A stretch of 64,000 nucleotides of DNA, taken from NCBI GenBank assembly GCA_951406725.2, contig OX597831.1, positions 48,174,001 through 48,238,000 on the forward strand. The letters run 5' to 3'. Positions 13,342 to 26,967 of this stretch are shown in pieces. The position numbers were made by a program, and so were the translations under genes. This DNA is from Octopus vulgaris. Taxonomy: Eukaryota. Under the pieces are notes generated by a model, which saw only the letters and a program-made list of their open reading frames with translations, was not told the origin of the DNA and ran no database searches. Positions within the stretch are counted from its first letter, which is position 1. Each line of letters starts with the position of its first letter.

Positions 13342-13658
13342 ACTCTTTACTCTTTTACTTGTTTCAGTCATTTGACTGTGGCCATGCTGGAGCACCACCT
13401 TTAGTCAAGCAAATCGACCCCAGGACTTAGTCTTTGTAAGCCTAGTACTTATTCTATCGATCTCTTTTGCTGAACCGCTAAGTTACGGGGATGTAACCAC
13501 ACCACCATCAGTTGTCAAGCGATGTTGGGGGAACAAACACAGACACAAACACACACACACACACTTATATACGACAGGCTTCTTTCAGTTTCTGTCTACC
13601 AAATCCACTCACAAGGGTTTGGTCAGCCCGAGGTTATAGTAGAAGACTCTTGCCCAAA
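13342..13658 (-). mobile_element. SINE family A, 5'-truncated
   Basis: Reverse complement of the family A body and tail. Confidence 0.85.
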
Positions 13659-14028
13659 GTATGTGTATGTATTTAAAGATACACATAGACAAACTACACA
13701 CATGTATATATGTACATGTACACTCACACATGCACACACATATGCAATTGAACAAAATCCAAACAGCCTGGTGTTGGTTTGCATTATCAAGACCTATGTT
13801 ATTTAGTAAAATTGACGAAAACAGTATAGTTGCAGTGAGGAGCGGAAAACCTAACGTTTTAGAGCAAGTCCTTCATCAAGGCAAAATTGCCAGGAGTGAA
13901 ATTAAAGAGAGACAGTGAAGTATAACATTCTCTGGATTAGAAAAACTGTCTGCAATTCTCTGAATCTTTTTATTTTCCACTCCTTGAAGCAAATTCATTG
14001 TATGCTTTCTGTTGGTTTTATTAAATAA

Positions 14029-14470
14029 TCTCTTATATAAAATCATTCTGTGTGTGTGTTTATGTGTCTGTGTGTGTATGTGGCTTCTAAGATCTCGGGC
14101 ATCCTCCATCCGATTGCGCTCAAATTTGATATGTAGATACCGACGATATCAGGGCGTGTATAAGTCTTGAAAAAATTACAAAAATTGATTCCAGGTGAGA
14201 ATGCGATCGACAAAGCCGTGGGAAATCGTTTTTCTTTGAAATAGAAAAAAGTCTATCGTTATTTCTTCTTTTGCTGGTGTCTCAGATTTAGGTTAAATCA
14301 GCGTTTCTCAAAGGGGAGGCCTATGGGACGGTCGGACAAGCTGTTTTGAGAAAATTTGGTTTAAATGTTTGACAACTCAGCACCATCCATTTAACAGGGA
14401 GAGGGGGCGTTTAGCTCGTACATACAGAGAGAGAGAAAGACACACACATAATAAGCGTTTCTTTTTACAT
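14029..14470 (+). mobile_element. CpG-rich Helitron-like fragment(s)
   Basis: Starts TCtcttatataaaa followed by (TG)n and ccatccgattgcgctcaaatttg, the typical 5' layout of non-autonomous Helitrons. No 3' CTAG end was found. Confidence 0.4.
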
Positions 14471-16559
14471 TTACCAGTTTCACTTTGAAGGTATTATTCA
14501 TTCTGATGCTAAAATTGAAGGTACTTCCTGAAGATGCCACACAGTGGGACTGAACCTGAGACCGCATGGTTGCAAAGCAAACTTCTTAACACATAGTTCT
14601 GCTCACACACAGAAAAAGGGAGAGAAAAAGAGGCAGAGAGAAAGAGAGAGAGAGAGAAAGAAAGAATAGGAGTAACATTGAAATGAAAGAAACATTTAAA
14701 CAGCAGCCGTGAATCAGTGATGCCAAAATGGCTGTGCCATAACATCATATACTCAATCAATCATTGGAATAAGTCTGTTTCCTAAGAATGGAAAACATGC
14801 AAATAGCATTTGATGTCAAATAAGTCAGCACTGAATTAGCAATGCCAAATAGGCAGCACCAAAAACGGCTATGCCAAAACATCTCATATGTTTTAGAATC
14901 TTTGTGTTCTGAGATGAAATTCTGCTTTCTACCTCTGGCATCTTCATGCCGGGGGAAAGAATGGTGCCAGGCAAATTGATATGTTGTCTGGAACAAATTC
15001 TCTCATCAATATGCATGAATGCAAATATAGGCAAATGCAGCCAGAAGCAAGGAAAATGGTAATCAGAAAATATTTCTTTTTTTGTGTTTGGAGTAAGTGT
15101 TCTGAATTTAAATCATAAGTATTGAATGATGTCTTCACCTTTCATACTTTTGGTCTCAATAAACAAACTGCCAATCATGTTGCGAGTTAATTCGATTGAT
15201 TAAATGCTCCACCTATAAGAAAACAAATGTGTCTAGCTAAAAGAAGTGGTAAGATCTATCTACTATTTCACCAAATCCAGTGACCATGTAGTGACTCTTT
15301 TCAGTGTCAGTAATGACAGTTTTAGCAGAGATATCATTTACAGTTCTAGATCTGAGAATACTTGTAGTAGAGCTGGAAATTATGACAAGTAGTTTCATTT
15401 ATTGAATTCTAGTTAGATATCTTTTATCTTTTACTTGCTTCAGTAATTCGTCTGTAGCTATGCTAGAGTGCTGCTTCGAAATGTTTTGTTGAACAGTGGC
15501 CATGTGGTTTGAAGCTTTCTGCTCAACCACATAGTTCCGGGTTCAGTCCCACTGCATGGCAACTTGAACAAGTGTCTTCTACAATAGCTTCAAGCTGACC
15601 AAAGCCTTATGAGTGGATTTGGTTGATGGTTGACAGAAATTGAAAGAAGCCCATCATTTATGTGTGTGTGTGTGTGTGTGTGTTTATGTCTGTGTTTGTC
15701 CCCCTTGGCTCCTTGACATCCAGTGTTGGTGTGTTTACAACCCTGTAACTTACTGATTTGACAAAAAGAGACTGATAGAATAAGTACCAGTCTTAAAAAA
15801 ATAAAATTATGAAGTTCATTTCTTCAACTAAAACCCTTCAAGGTGGTGCCCCAGCATGGCCACAGTCCAATGACTGAAACAAGTAAAAGAAAAGGGATAA
15901 AAAGTAATCAATTCCAGCATTCAATTTAAGCCTGATACTCAACCTATCTGCCCCTTTTGACAAACCACTAAGTTATGAGGATGTAAACAAACCCACACCT
16001 CTTGCCCCAGACTTGTGCCTCGGAGGGTAACTTTCTAGGTGAAATCCCATGGTCATTCATGACCGAAGGGGGTCACAACTCCTGTATTTTTATCCTATGT
16101 ACTCTGCATCTCCTTTTGTCTGTCATTGCTATCCTTCTTTATTTGACTCTTTGCTGCTTTTACTCTTTTCCAGTTAGTTGTAGTGCACCTGAGTACAGAA
16201 TAAAATCATCTCATTATTATATAAATGGTTTATTTCAATTCTCTGTCCTTGAGCAGTTTATTGAGTTCAAAAAATATATTTGTAATTACTTTAGCTCTTT
16301 TATTTCCATATTTCTGTTAAAATACACGGCATTTGTTTCAATTAATTAAAATAATGAATAATAATTTATAAAATAAAATGAATTTACCATGATTAAAATG
16401 AAATTTGAAATATAATTAACATGAAATTCATACATTTCAATCTAAATGATTTTGGAAAAGAAACTTGTAACATAGAACTAGGGACAGTCTCAGGTGTGTT
16501 GATATCAAAAGACTTAAGCCACCATGGGATAAATATGATGGCTTAAAGTTAGGATACAA

Positions 16560-16900
16560 AGGCACATGGTTCAGTGGTTAGAGCATCAAGCTCACAGGCA
16601 TGAGGTAGTAAGTTCGATTCCTGGACTGGGGTGTGTGTTGTGCTATTGAGCAAGACACTTTATTTCACATTGCTCCAGTTCACTCAGCTGTAGAAAGGAA
16701 TTATGATGTTACTGGTGCTAAGCTGTATCAGCCTTTGCCTTTCCTTTGGATAACATCAATGGTGTGGAGAGGAAAGGCTGGTATGCATGGGTGACTTCTG
16801 GTCTTCCATACACAACCTTGCTTGGACTTGTGCCTCAGAAAGGAACTTTCTAGGTGCAATCCCATGGTCATTCATGACCGAAGGGGGACTTTACTCTTTT
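16560..16900 (+). mobile_element. tRNA-headed SINE family C
   Basis: A box tggttcagtggttagagc, B box agttcgattcc, core ttgagcaagacactttatttcac. Relatives at 28114-28345(+), 35120-35610(-), 43180-43375(-), 47760-48068(-) and 62340-62581(-). Confidence 0.85.
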
Positions 16901-17390
16901 TTACTCTTTAAAGTTAGAATATGCATGATCGTGAGGTTAACATAGATGTGCTCACACATACAGCAATTCTTCTGAGATTTAAAAAAAAATTATCCAGCTG
17001 CATTCATTTCTTATATCATGGATCAGCCATCTGTGACTAACGCATTACAGTCTCCATCAGTTTCTTAATCTTTGGTCTGTTCTGTGCTTTGAGACGTTTT
17101 GGTGCAATCGTTTTGGTTCTGCTTATCTAGTGCCAACTAATTTATTTGATATCAAATAACACTGACTTATTTGATATCAAATGCTTAGTTCTTAGAATCT
17201 TTTGACACTGTGAAAATTTCTTCCTTTCTCTTTCTCTCTCTCTCTCTCTCTCATTCTTTCTCTCTCCCTTTCACTCTTTTCTTCTCTTTCCCCTCTCTCT
17301 CATTCTCTCTCCCTTTCTTTCTTTTCTTCTCTCTTCCCTCCCCTCACTCTCTTCCTCTCTCTATGTCTATGTGCAAGAGTACATTGATTT

Positions 17391-17502
17391 TTATGGCCAG
17401 TCAAATAGTGACCATTGGTTTTGCATCTATAAAGCACTTAGCCATATAAGCGAAAGCACTTTATTGGTGCAAAGCTAATGGTCACTCTTTGACCAGCCAT
17501 AA
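17391..17502. repeat. Small imperfect inverted repeat (MITE-like hairpin)
   Basis: ttatggccagtcaaatagtgaccattggttttgcatctataaag pairs with ctttattggtgcaaagctaatggtcactctttgaccagccataa. Confidence 0.75.
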
Positions 17503-17675
17503 TCAACTTCCTAAAAAATATATTACTGCTTTAATGCTTTAACATGTGCTTCTTTTTTTGATATATTCACTACTGATGATATGTTTTCTTGTTGCCTCTT
17601 GTTCCATTTTTGCTTTGATTTTTTTTATATATACATATAGCAGCATACATACACTATTAGTCTCCTGTATGTAAG

Positions 17676-17720
<45 letters not shown>

Positions 17721-17723
<3 letters not shown>

Positions 17724-19258
17724 GGAGTAAGCACATGAATGTGAAACAAGGTGGAAAAAAGAGTACTCAAATACCAGAGGTAGAGTTATATGCTTTATTT
17801 AAAAGCAGCAGAAACATAACAAAAGCTGTTACTCAGAGTTTCACATTCCTGTTCATCGGATAGTTTTGTTAAAATAGAATAGAAATAACAATTTGATCAA
17901 AACTTGTTAAAGGATACACCTTTAAAAATGGATTTGTTTCATTGGTCCTTTCAAATAATGGTCTTAAGCATGCGATAAACAAAATAAGCAAAATAAATTC
18001 AATATAAATTATAAAAATTGAGGATAAACCTTAAATCGAAGAGCAGATTTAACATACATATTGTCATAAATTATATAGAAATATAATTCGATTAATACAA
18101 TTAATATATAAAAATTAAAATATATTAAAATATTTCACAACAATATATACTCACACTAAAACATCAATATACATATATACATCAAAATCTACAGATAGAT
18201 GTACACAGGCCACATACATGTGCAGACATATAAATGCAAAATGTAAATAAACACACAAATACACATATACATATGCATACGCAATTTTGCCCACATGCAA
18301 AAATCACTTGGTATATACATATAGACAAGAAGTAAAATGCAGAGTGGGGAAGAAAAAGAAAAGAAAAGGTAACGATCTTATAAGCAACAAATAGCTAAAG
18401 ACGTGAGTAAGAGAAGGGGAGAGGGGTGTAAAGTTAATGGACTCTATACAAGTAGCAAATAGGGAGGGAAAAATAATGAAAGAGAGGAAGAAAGAAGTCT
18501 GAATATGCATAACGAACATTCACAAAATAAAATTATGTATACATGTGTATATAAAAGTGTATATTAGCAGTAAATACACATATAAAAACACATATATAAA
18601 TATATAGAGATAAGTACGTAAATACACATCCACACAAATTCAAGTGAATACATGCATACATGTACATTCATGAATGTATGTGCATAAGTATAAACATACA
18701 CGCTCACTTACACATATACATGGATGCATGCATATGAATACATATACATGCCAATACAAATATTCACATAAAAGATGTCTAGAATCTGATGCATATACAA
18801 ACAACATTATTATTAAAAATTGCTGAGTGCATGATAATAAAATTTAGATAAAAGACATGCAAAATATAATACCCTGTATCGAATTATCTATAAATTAAAC
18901 AATTATATTGGGTTTATAAAACACAATAATATGAAATAAAATAAAAGCAGAATCCTAAACAAGAAAATAATATTAGTATATAACAGTCGAAGGTTTTTCT
19001 TAAGAAATATATCGAAATATATACAAAAACTTTGCAATGCAGAATAAATCATGCATAATACGAAACAAATCCAACAGTGTGATTAAAAACTAGTCCAAGA
19101 ATCAAAAATATACACTATCCATATGGGATATTGCTAGTCGACATTTTAAATTTAGCTGCGTGTCTACATGAATTCAAGAGTTTGCTTCTTTGATTTAAAG
19201 AATTATTGTCTTGGAATAAAATAAAATATTTTTCCAGAAGACATAAATCGCACTTCAA
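17721..19258 (-). mobile_element. Penelope-like element 3' part (ORF C-terminus, AT-rich 3' region, hammerhead)
   Basis: KCDLCLLEKYFIL..LNQRSKLLNSCRHAAKFK fits the CxLCxxEK..LNxRxE..CRH tail of PLE GIY-YIG endonucleases. The element ends in (TA)n. Confidence 0.75.
17826..17863 (-). ncRNA. Minimal hammerhead-like motif (CCGATGA core) of the PLE
   Basis: Minus strand: ctat-CCGATGA-aca ggaa tgt-GAAA-ctc t gag-TA-acag. Confidence 0.65.
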
Positions 19259-19878
19259 CTTTATGTTAACATCTGCTGAGCAGCTAATTTCAATAACTGT
19301 ACACAGTGTCTCTGCTCTATCCCAAATCCTTATATCAAATTTATTGTGTTTACATTTTATTGAGGTTTTCACTGGGACAATCCCACCAGTACTCCTTTTT
19401 ATTGTGAGTGACTATGGCTTCCACCTGGATTCTTATTTCTTTGTCCTTGAGGTTATCCTTTTGATAGATCTTGTCATACAGTGTCCTAGCTACAATATCA
19501 TGTTTCATTGGTAGATAATACAGTGATGACATTTTCAGACAACTGCTTAATGATGATGGTGATATCTTCAGTGTTAACACCACAAAGTCTGCATTGGTTG
19601 TCACATTTTACTGCTCTTCCTGCATCTCTGTCTCTTCTGTGCATCAGATATTTGGTTGATATTTCCTGTTTCTGGATTACAAACACATACCCTTGAAAGT
19701 GGGACGCAGTGGTCCAATTGTTGATCCATGATAGACTGTTTAGATGATCAGAGTTACTATCATCTCTGAGCTTTCTACTAACATATCCATCTAGGGACTT
19801 CTGCTCATATATGCTCAGCCTTTCATCTGATGATACATTGCAGTAAAGTCATGCAACTTCTTTTGCATGTATTTAAGA
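19259..19878 (-). mobile_element. Second R4/Dong-like fragment
   Basis: Collinear with ~6760-7376: QEISTKYL, CRLCG, KHDIVAR, KCKHNKFDIRIWD. Confidence 0.85.
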
Positions 19879-19944
19879 TGTGTGTTTATGTATGTGTGCA
19901 TGTACATATGTATGTAGGTATGTATGTATGTATCTATATATATG

Positions 19945-20414
19945 TCAGGTCACTTTTGAGTGCTCTCTGGTAACATGTAACCCAGTACATCCAGTTGCAT
20001 GGTCGGGTCATCAGCGACTAAACTGGCAACCCCACCAAGCATGCTTGGTGAGGAGGGTGTTTATTGAACACCTTGCAGGATGAAAAACAAAACCCGTTAA
20101 AGGGCAGAGGAACTCTTGAGAGTCAACAGCCATCCAATAAATGTCTTAAGGCTGTATCATGCGCGGGGACATAGAAATAAATGGACTGCATACCCGATCA
20201 TGCAGTTAAACCATTGGGAGTGAAGGACTTCTAGCCTTTGTTAGGGCATCCTTCTAGGAGAAGATAACTCAGGTAACTGGGATAACTCCGATATAAAACC
20301 TGCGGCTCAGTGGTTACCGATGATGTTGACTTGTTCTTCTTTTCGGATTATGGCTGCTGTTGCTTAGTGAGTGGGATTGACTCAGTGCACAGCCTTTCCT
20401 CACTTAAAAAAAAA
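19945..20414 (+). mobile_element. Unclassified retroposon with A-tail
   Basis: GC-richer block ending cacttaaaaaaaaa; contains agggcatccttctaggagaag, which resembles RTE 5'UTR-derived segments. Confidence 0.4.
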
Positions 20415-20904
20415 TCTTCATGATAACAACATTGATTAAGCTTCGTGCAATGGCCATACTCGATAACGAGGGGGTAGCCACCACTATATATATTTATGGA
20501 TGTATGATGGTCTTCTATACAGTTTCTATTTATGAAATTCACTCACAAGGAATTGGTAAGCCCTGTGTTAAATAAAAAGGCATTTACCCGAAAGGACCAC
20601 ATACTGGGACTGAACTTGAAACCTTATGGTTGTGAAGTGAACTGCTTAACCACACAACCATACCAGTACTTATATTGTTTATATATATATATATTTTTAT
20701 TTTTTTATACTAATTTTCACCAATTTTATTTGTATCCCTTACACAATTTATTTGGCCTTTCCTTTCATTCTTTCAAAATGAGAAACGAATGAATGATTGC
20801 AATCATTATCGTTATCATATGTAATTCATTTGTACTCAGTTGCCATCTGTTTAATGACTCATCTGTTCATTGATCATGCTGAGGTAATTTTGCCTTCCAC
20901 CTTC

Positions 20905-20933
20905 ATTATTATTACTATTATTACAATTATTAC

Positions 20934-21017
<84 letters not shown>

Positions 21018-21018
21018 G
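20905..21018. repeat. (ATT)n microsatellite
   Basis: Directly visible. Confidence 0.97.
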
Positions 21019-21351
21019 TAATTATGTAATTGTTAACATACACAAATACACACATCTCTTTCACTCTCTCTCACTGTGTCTGTCTCTGTCTCTCTCTTTC
21101 TCTCTCTCCCTCTCTCTCTCTCACTCTCTCTATATATATATGTATTTATACATGTATGTGTGTATGTATATATGTGTGTGTAGGTATATATGTGTATATG
21201 TGTGTTGGTATACGTATATATGTGTGTATATGTGTGTAGGTATATGTGTGTGTAAATATATATATGTACGTGTGTGTATGTATATGTATATATGTACATA
21301 TATATATGTACGTGTATATATAGGTGAGTGTATATATACACACACACACAC

Positions 21352-21416
<65 letters not shown>

Positions 21417-21423
21417 CACACAG

Positions 21424-21462
<39 letters not shown>

Positions 21463-22589
21463 AGTTAATATTTTCTGATTATCTTGATTACATAAAATAG
21501 GATATTATGAATCAAATAAAAAAACAAAACAAAAACAAAATACAAAGCAAAATATATCAATGTCATATCGATTATCTGAAATAAGGATGGAAACCTTTTT
21601 CATAACAGGGATAACTTATGAATGCTTAATGCAAAAAAGAACCTATGGAGTGGTACATCTGTGCAGAGGAAAATAACAAATCTTCATTTTTATAGACTTG
21701 TATGTCGTCAATGACCACCCCACTCTACTCCACCATCATCATTATCATCATCACCATCATCATCACCTTCATTGTTTTTACTTCTACTTTTCTATGTTGG
21801 CATGGGTAGCATGAGAATTTTTGAGGCAGTCTTATGACTCGATGTCTTTCCTGATGCCAATTCTTCAAGCTGCCTTTTGCAATATGCAAGGATAATGTGT
21901 ACTTGTTCTGAGAACCTAGGATATGCATAATATGCAACTTAAGTTATTGTCTTAAGGTTTAACCCCATTTTTACTGCTTGCCATGACAGACTGTGTGGTA
22001 AGAAGAGGCTTAGTGCCTTATTGTAAGGCCCTTGAGTCCAAAAGAAATATTAGTAAGAGGTTTATTGCCTCAAATTGTAAGTTCACAAAAGAACACTGTT
22101 TTAGAGAAGCAAAAATCGGTGAGTGTCTTTTGCCTTCTCTCATTAATATCATCCTGTTCATTATTCATCTCATCTCATTAATGCCTTTATCCAACCCATC
22201 GCTTCTCCATCTGTGTACGGATTTCATAGCCAATTTAATGAAATAAAGAAGTTTGCTTTAATTTCCTGTCCCACGGCATAACAACTTGGACAAGTATCTC
22301 CTACTGTAACTCTGGGGTGTTATATCTACTTAAAGCCTTTTAAGTAGATTTGGTGGACAGAAACTGAAAGAAACCTGCCATAAAGAAGGAAATATATATA
22401 TATGATGATGATGATGATGATGATGATGATATATATATATATATATAAATTTAATGCACAATATATGGATTTACATAATCTAGTGGTAATCACAAAAACA
22501 GTTCCTCTAGTGGCCCAGGCTACAAACCATATAGTAAACTAATATGTAGGTGTCCTATGCATTTGAAATCCAGAAAATCCAATCATTCT

Positions 22590-22803
22590 TTTTTTCTTTT
22601 ACTTGTTTCAGTCATTTGACTGCTGCCATGCTGGAGCACTGCCTTTTTAGTCAAGCAAATCGACCCCAGGACTTATTTTTTGTAAGCTTAGTAGTTAGTC
22701 TATCGATCTCTTTTTGCTGAACCGCTAAGTTACGGGGATGTAAACACACCAGCATCAGTTTTCAAGCGATGTTGGTGGAACAAGCACAGATGCACAAACA
22801 TAT

Positions 22804-22871
<68 letters not shown>

Positions 22872-23032
22872 GACGGGCTTCTTTCAGTTTCCATCTACCA
22901 AATCCACTCACAAGGCATTGGTCAGCCCGAGGCTATAGTTGAAGACACTTGCTCAAGGTGCCACACAGTGGGACTGAACCCGGAACCATGTAGTTGGTAA
23001 GCAAGCTACTTACCACATAGCCACTCCTGCAC
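22590..23032 (-). mobile_element. SINE family A, full length
   Basis: Head caggtgcaggagtggctatgtggtaagtagcttgc on the minus strand, through internal (TA)n to the tail. Confidence 0.92.
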
Positions 23033-23162
23033 CTGTCAATGAAGATTATTTCATGAAGAGATATTTAAAATGATTTATTCTACACCAAAATAAATTATTT
23101 TTGCATGCTGTTGGCTGCAAAGCAGTTGTCATCCTATGGATATCAACTAGTGAAATAAATGT

Positions 23163-23988
23163 ACAGGGTGTCCCAAAAGTCACTGAGGGATTTCAATTTT
23201 TAATAACTTCCTTAACTTTATAAATAAATGCATGAAATTTTGATACAATATAAAGGGCATAATGGAAATTAATATGCATGAGTCAACTTTTGCAACACCA
23301 CTACTTCACATATGAAAAATGACATCGCATAAAGTGCAGCCATTTTCGATTATGCATGCCTGTGCACTTTCCAAAACTTGCATCATAACACCCTCAAGAG
23401 TTTCAGACCCCACTTCTCCAATTTCTCTATTGATGTTCTCCTTCAGTTGCACCAGGGTCTCTGGTTTGTTGGCGTAAACCCTCTCTTTCAGGTATCCTAA
23501 CAAGAAAAAATCCAGGCTAGTCAAGTCTGGGGAACATGTAGTAGGAGATAATTCTCTCTTCAAAGTACTGAAATAACAATTGCATTGTTTCTCTTGTGGT
23601 ATGAATAGTTGCCCCATCTTGCTGGAACCATGTGTGAGGTCTACTTTGAATGGCTGGGTGCAAAAAGGTCTCACTCATGGATACCTGAAAGGAAGGGTTT
23701 TCACCAACAAACCAGAAACCCTGGTGCAACTGAAGGAGAGCAACAAAAGAGAAATCAGTGAAATTGGGTCTGAAACTTTTGAAGGTGTTATGGTGCAAGT
23801 TTTGGAAAGAGCACGCATGTGAGCTGAAAATGGCTGCCATTTAAGCAATGTCATTTTTCAATTGTAATGTAGTGGTATTGCAAAATTTTACTTGTGCCTA
23901 TTAATTTTTAATATGTCCTTTATATTGTATCAAAATTTCATGCATTTATTTGTGAAGTTAAGAAGGTTATTAAAAATTGAAGTCCCTC
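23163..23988. mobile_element. Tc1/mariner (rosa/DD41D-like) relic made of two inverted 3' ends
   Basis: TA+cagggtgtcccaaaag terminus. Minus strand reads WFQQDGATIHT...SPDLTSLDFFLLGYLKERVYANKPETL; plus strand from 23679 reads GYLKGRVFTNKPETLVQLKE. Confidence 0.88.
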
Positions 23989-24235
23989 TCTGTCTTTTCT
24001 ATCACTATTGTAATGGCCTCTGTTACTCGGATCTGGCTAGTCTTGTATCTCCTCCACTCAGATATCCTAAATCCACTCAGTTCTCAACTTTTGTCCAAAT
24101 TCTTGTGTCCAACTCTCCAACTCTGAGTTATTATATCCCAGTTTTTCCTCCCAGAATATCATCTTTCTGGAATCCTTTCACTGCTTATGTCTTTTCTACT
24201 GGTGTTGGTCTGCAGCAGTTTAAGATGAACATATT
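23989..24235 (+). mobile_element. CR1/L2/Jockey-type LINE ORF2 C-terminal relic
   Basis: LCLFYHYCNGLCYSDLASLVSPP...FPPRISSFWNPFTAYVF..LQQFKMNI resembles LFYRY..CS.EL..SFFPRT..LWN.LP..FK tails. Confidence 0.6.
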
Positions 24236-24666
24236 TTGAAGATGGTACATCATGATTTCAGGGAGAAATAGCTACTATTTCTAGCAGGTGGACAATTATG
24301 TTGGAATTAGATAAAATGTTCCCAGGTTGCATTTCGTGTTTAGGGCCATGTCATCTCTGATCCATCAGACTTCTAACCACAGACATTCTAGCCTTTAACA
24401 TTTTATCCTTTTTTGAAGTGGTTGGTATTCGGAAGGGCATCCAGCTGTAAAAACCATGCCATAACTGACCTCACCTATGCTGGTGACACGTAAAAAGCAC
24501 TCAGTCCACTCTGCAGGGTGGATGGTGTTAGGAGGGGCATCCAGGTGTAAAAACCAGACACAGTAACCTGGGGTAGACACAGACACAGTAGCTTAGGGTA
24601 GTCTTCTACCTGGCCAGCTTCTGTCAAACTGTCCAACCCATGCTAGCATAGAAGGTGGACGTTAAA

Positions 24667-24700
<34 letters not shown>

Positions 24701-25938
24701 GGTGGTGATGGTGATGATGATGATGATGATGAAAGACCACATGTTCTAATGTGACCATTTTCTGAAATAGTCACTCCATTTTCTGAAATGATGGAGAGTG
24801 AGCTGACAGAAATTTGGCTGCTCTTTTTAGCAGATCAAACAACCACATAAAGACATCCTTGTGAGCTTGAAATGAAAGTTAATGTTTCCCCTTGTAAGAA
24901 TTTCAGTTGCATTTAAAACACTTAACTCTGTTTCAGAATCTCAGAGTTCCATATACGTATATATTATTACTACACCATATGTAACTTGAAAAAGCATTGA
25001 TATTTCAACATCTGTTGTTATACTAAGGATTTATAGATATCTGTATACCAGATTTAGAACAATCATTTCTCTTATAAACCATTGACTAATCCAAGTTACC
25101 AAAACGATAACTAGATTAAATTTCCTGAAGCATCAAACATATTCCAGTCATAGAAATAGTGATAAATAGTTTCTTTTGTTGTTATTAGTTTAATATTTTA
25201 ATTCCTAAATTTAATTACATGTGTATTTAATTATAGTTATTGTAATCTGTATTTAGTGTGAAGTATTGTATTGTGCTTTTGATTTCCTTTATGGCTAAAG
25301 GCTTGTGTGTTTATTCATGTGTTAAGGTTTTGAAGACTGAGCTTAAGCATATATATATCCTCTGTATGTATTTGTGAGTGTGTGTTAACATAGTCTGGTA
25401 TGTAAGCATAGATTTTTATGTGTGCATCTGTGTGTGTGTGTTAAAGTTATCACTTTATGGTAGAGGTAGTGGTGTTAGTCTATGTTTAAATGTTGCAGCA
25501 TGAGTGTTTATTAGTTAATGTATACAGACGGACCTATGTTTAAATTTGTTTATGTTGGTGGTGTGTGTTTTTAAGTTAATGCATTCAAATATAGATATGT
25601 TTGTACTTGTTTGTGTGCATTTGCGAAATGTCAATATTTGCATTTGTGTATACATTTGAACATATTTGTTCATGCTTTCTTGTATGAATTTATTCCGAAC
25701 GTAGTAGTTTATCTTTTAGCTTTTACTTGCTTCAGTCATTGGATTGCAGCCATACTGGATTGCAGCCATACATTGGATTGCAGCCTTGAAGGGTTTTAGT
25801 CAAACAAACTGATGCCAGTAACTATTTTTTTCAAGTCTGACGCTTAATCAATCAGCCTCTATTGTTAAACAGCTAAGTTGTAACAAAGTTGTAAACAAAC
25901 CAATCCTAATGGTCAAGCAGTTGGGAGAGGACAACACA

Positions 25939-25978
<40 letters not shown>

Positions 25979-26331
25979 ACAGGCTTCCATACAGCAAAAT
26001 TCACTCAAAAGACATCAGTCAACTGAGGGCTATATTAGAAAGCACTTGCCATAGGTCCTATGTACTGGGGTTGAACCAGGAACCATATGGCTGGAAAGCA
26101 AGCTTCCAAACACAGCTATGCCTGTGCAATCACATCATGGAAGAACGATTTTAACTATTTAAAATCAAACCAGAATCTTCTACATTTATAGGCGCAAGTG
26201 TGGCTGTGTGGTCAGAGGCTTGCTTCCTAACCACATGATCCATGATACCTTGGACAAGTGTCATCTACTATAACCTTGGGCTGACCAAAGTTTTGTGAGC
26301 GGATTTGGTAGTCAGAAAGTGAAAGAAGCCA

Positions 26332-26374
<43 letters not shown>

Positions 26375-26587
26375 TCTTTTATTTGTTTCAGTCATTTGAC
26401 TGTGGTCATGCTGGAGCACCACCTTTAGTAGAGCAAATCAGCCCCAGGACTTATTCTTTGAAAGCCTAGTACTTATTCTATCAGTTTATTTTGTCGAACC
26501 ACTAAGTTACGGGGACGTAAACACATAACTGTTCGTTGTCAAGCGATGTTGGTGGGGACAAACACAGACACACAAACACACACAAAC

Positions 26588-26620
<33 letters not shown>

Positions 26621-26935
26621 CGACAGGCTTCTTTCAGTTTCCGTCTACCAAATCCACTCCCAAAGCTTTGGTCAGCCCTAGGCTATATAGTAGAAGACAC
26701 TTGCCCAAGGTGCCACACAGTGGGACTGAACTTGGAACCATGAGCTCGGTAATTATTTTATTAATCATCATCATCATCGTAGTCATCATCATCATCATCA
26801 TCTTTTTGACATCTGCTTTTCTATGCTTGCATGGACTGGATGAAATTTGTTGAGACACACATAGACACACACAGACACACACATACACACAGATATATGA
26901 GATTCACACACACATTATTATTTTATATATAAATA

Positions 26936-26967
<32 letters not shown>

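Noticed and set aside
16560-16635. tRNA-like heads here and at 28114, 35540, 47995, 51822 and 62505 as tRNA genes
   Set aside because: They continue into SINE bodies or tails and lack complete cloverleafs.
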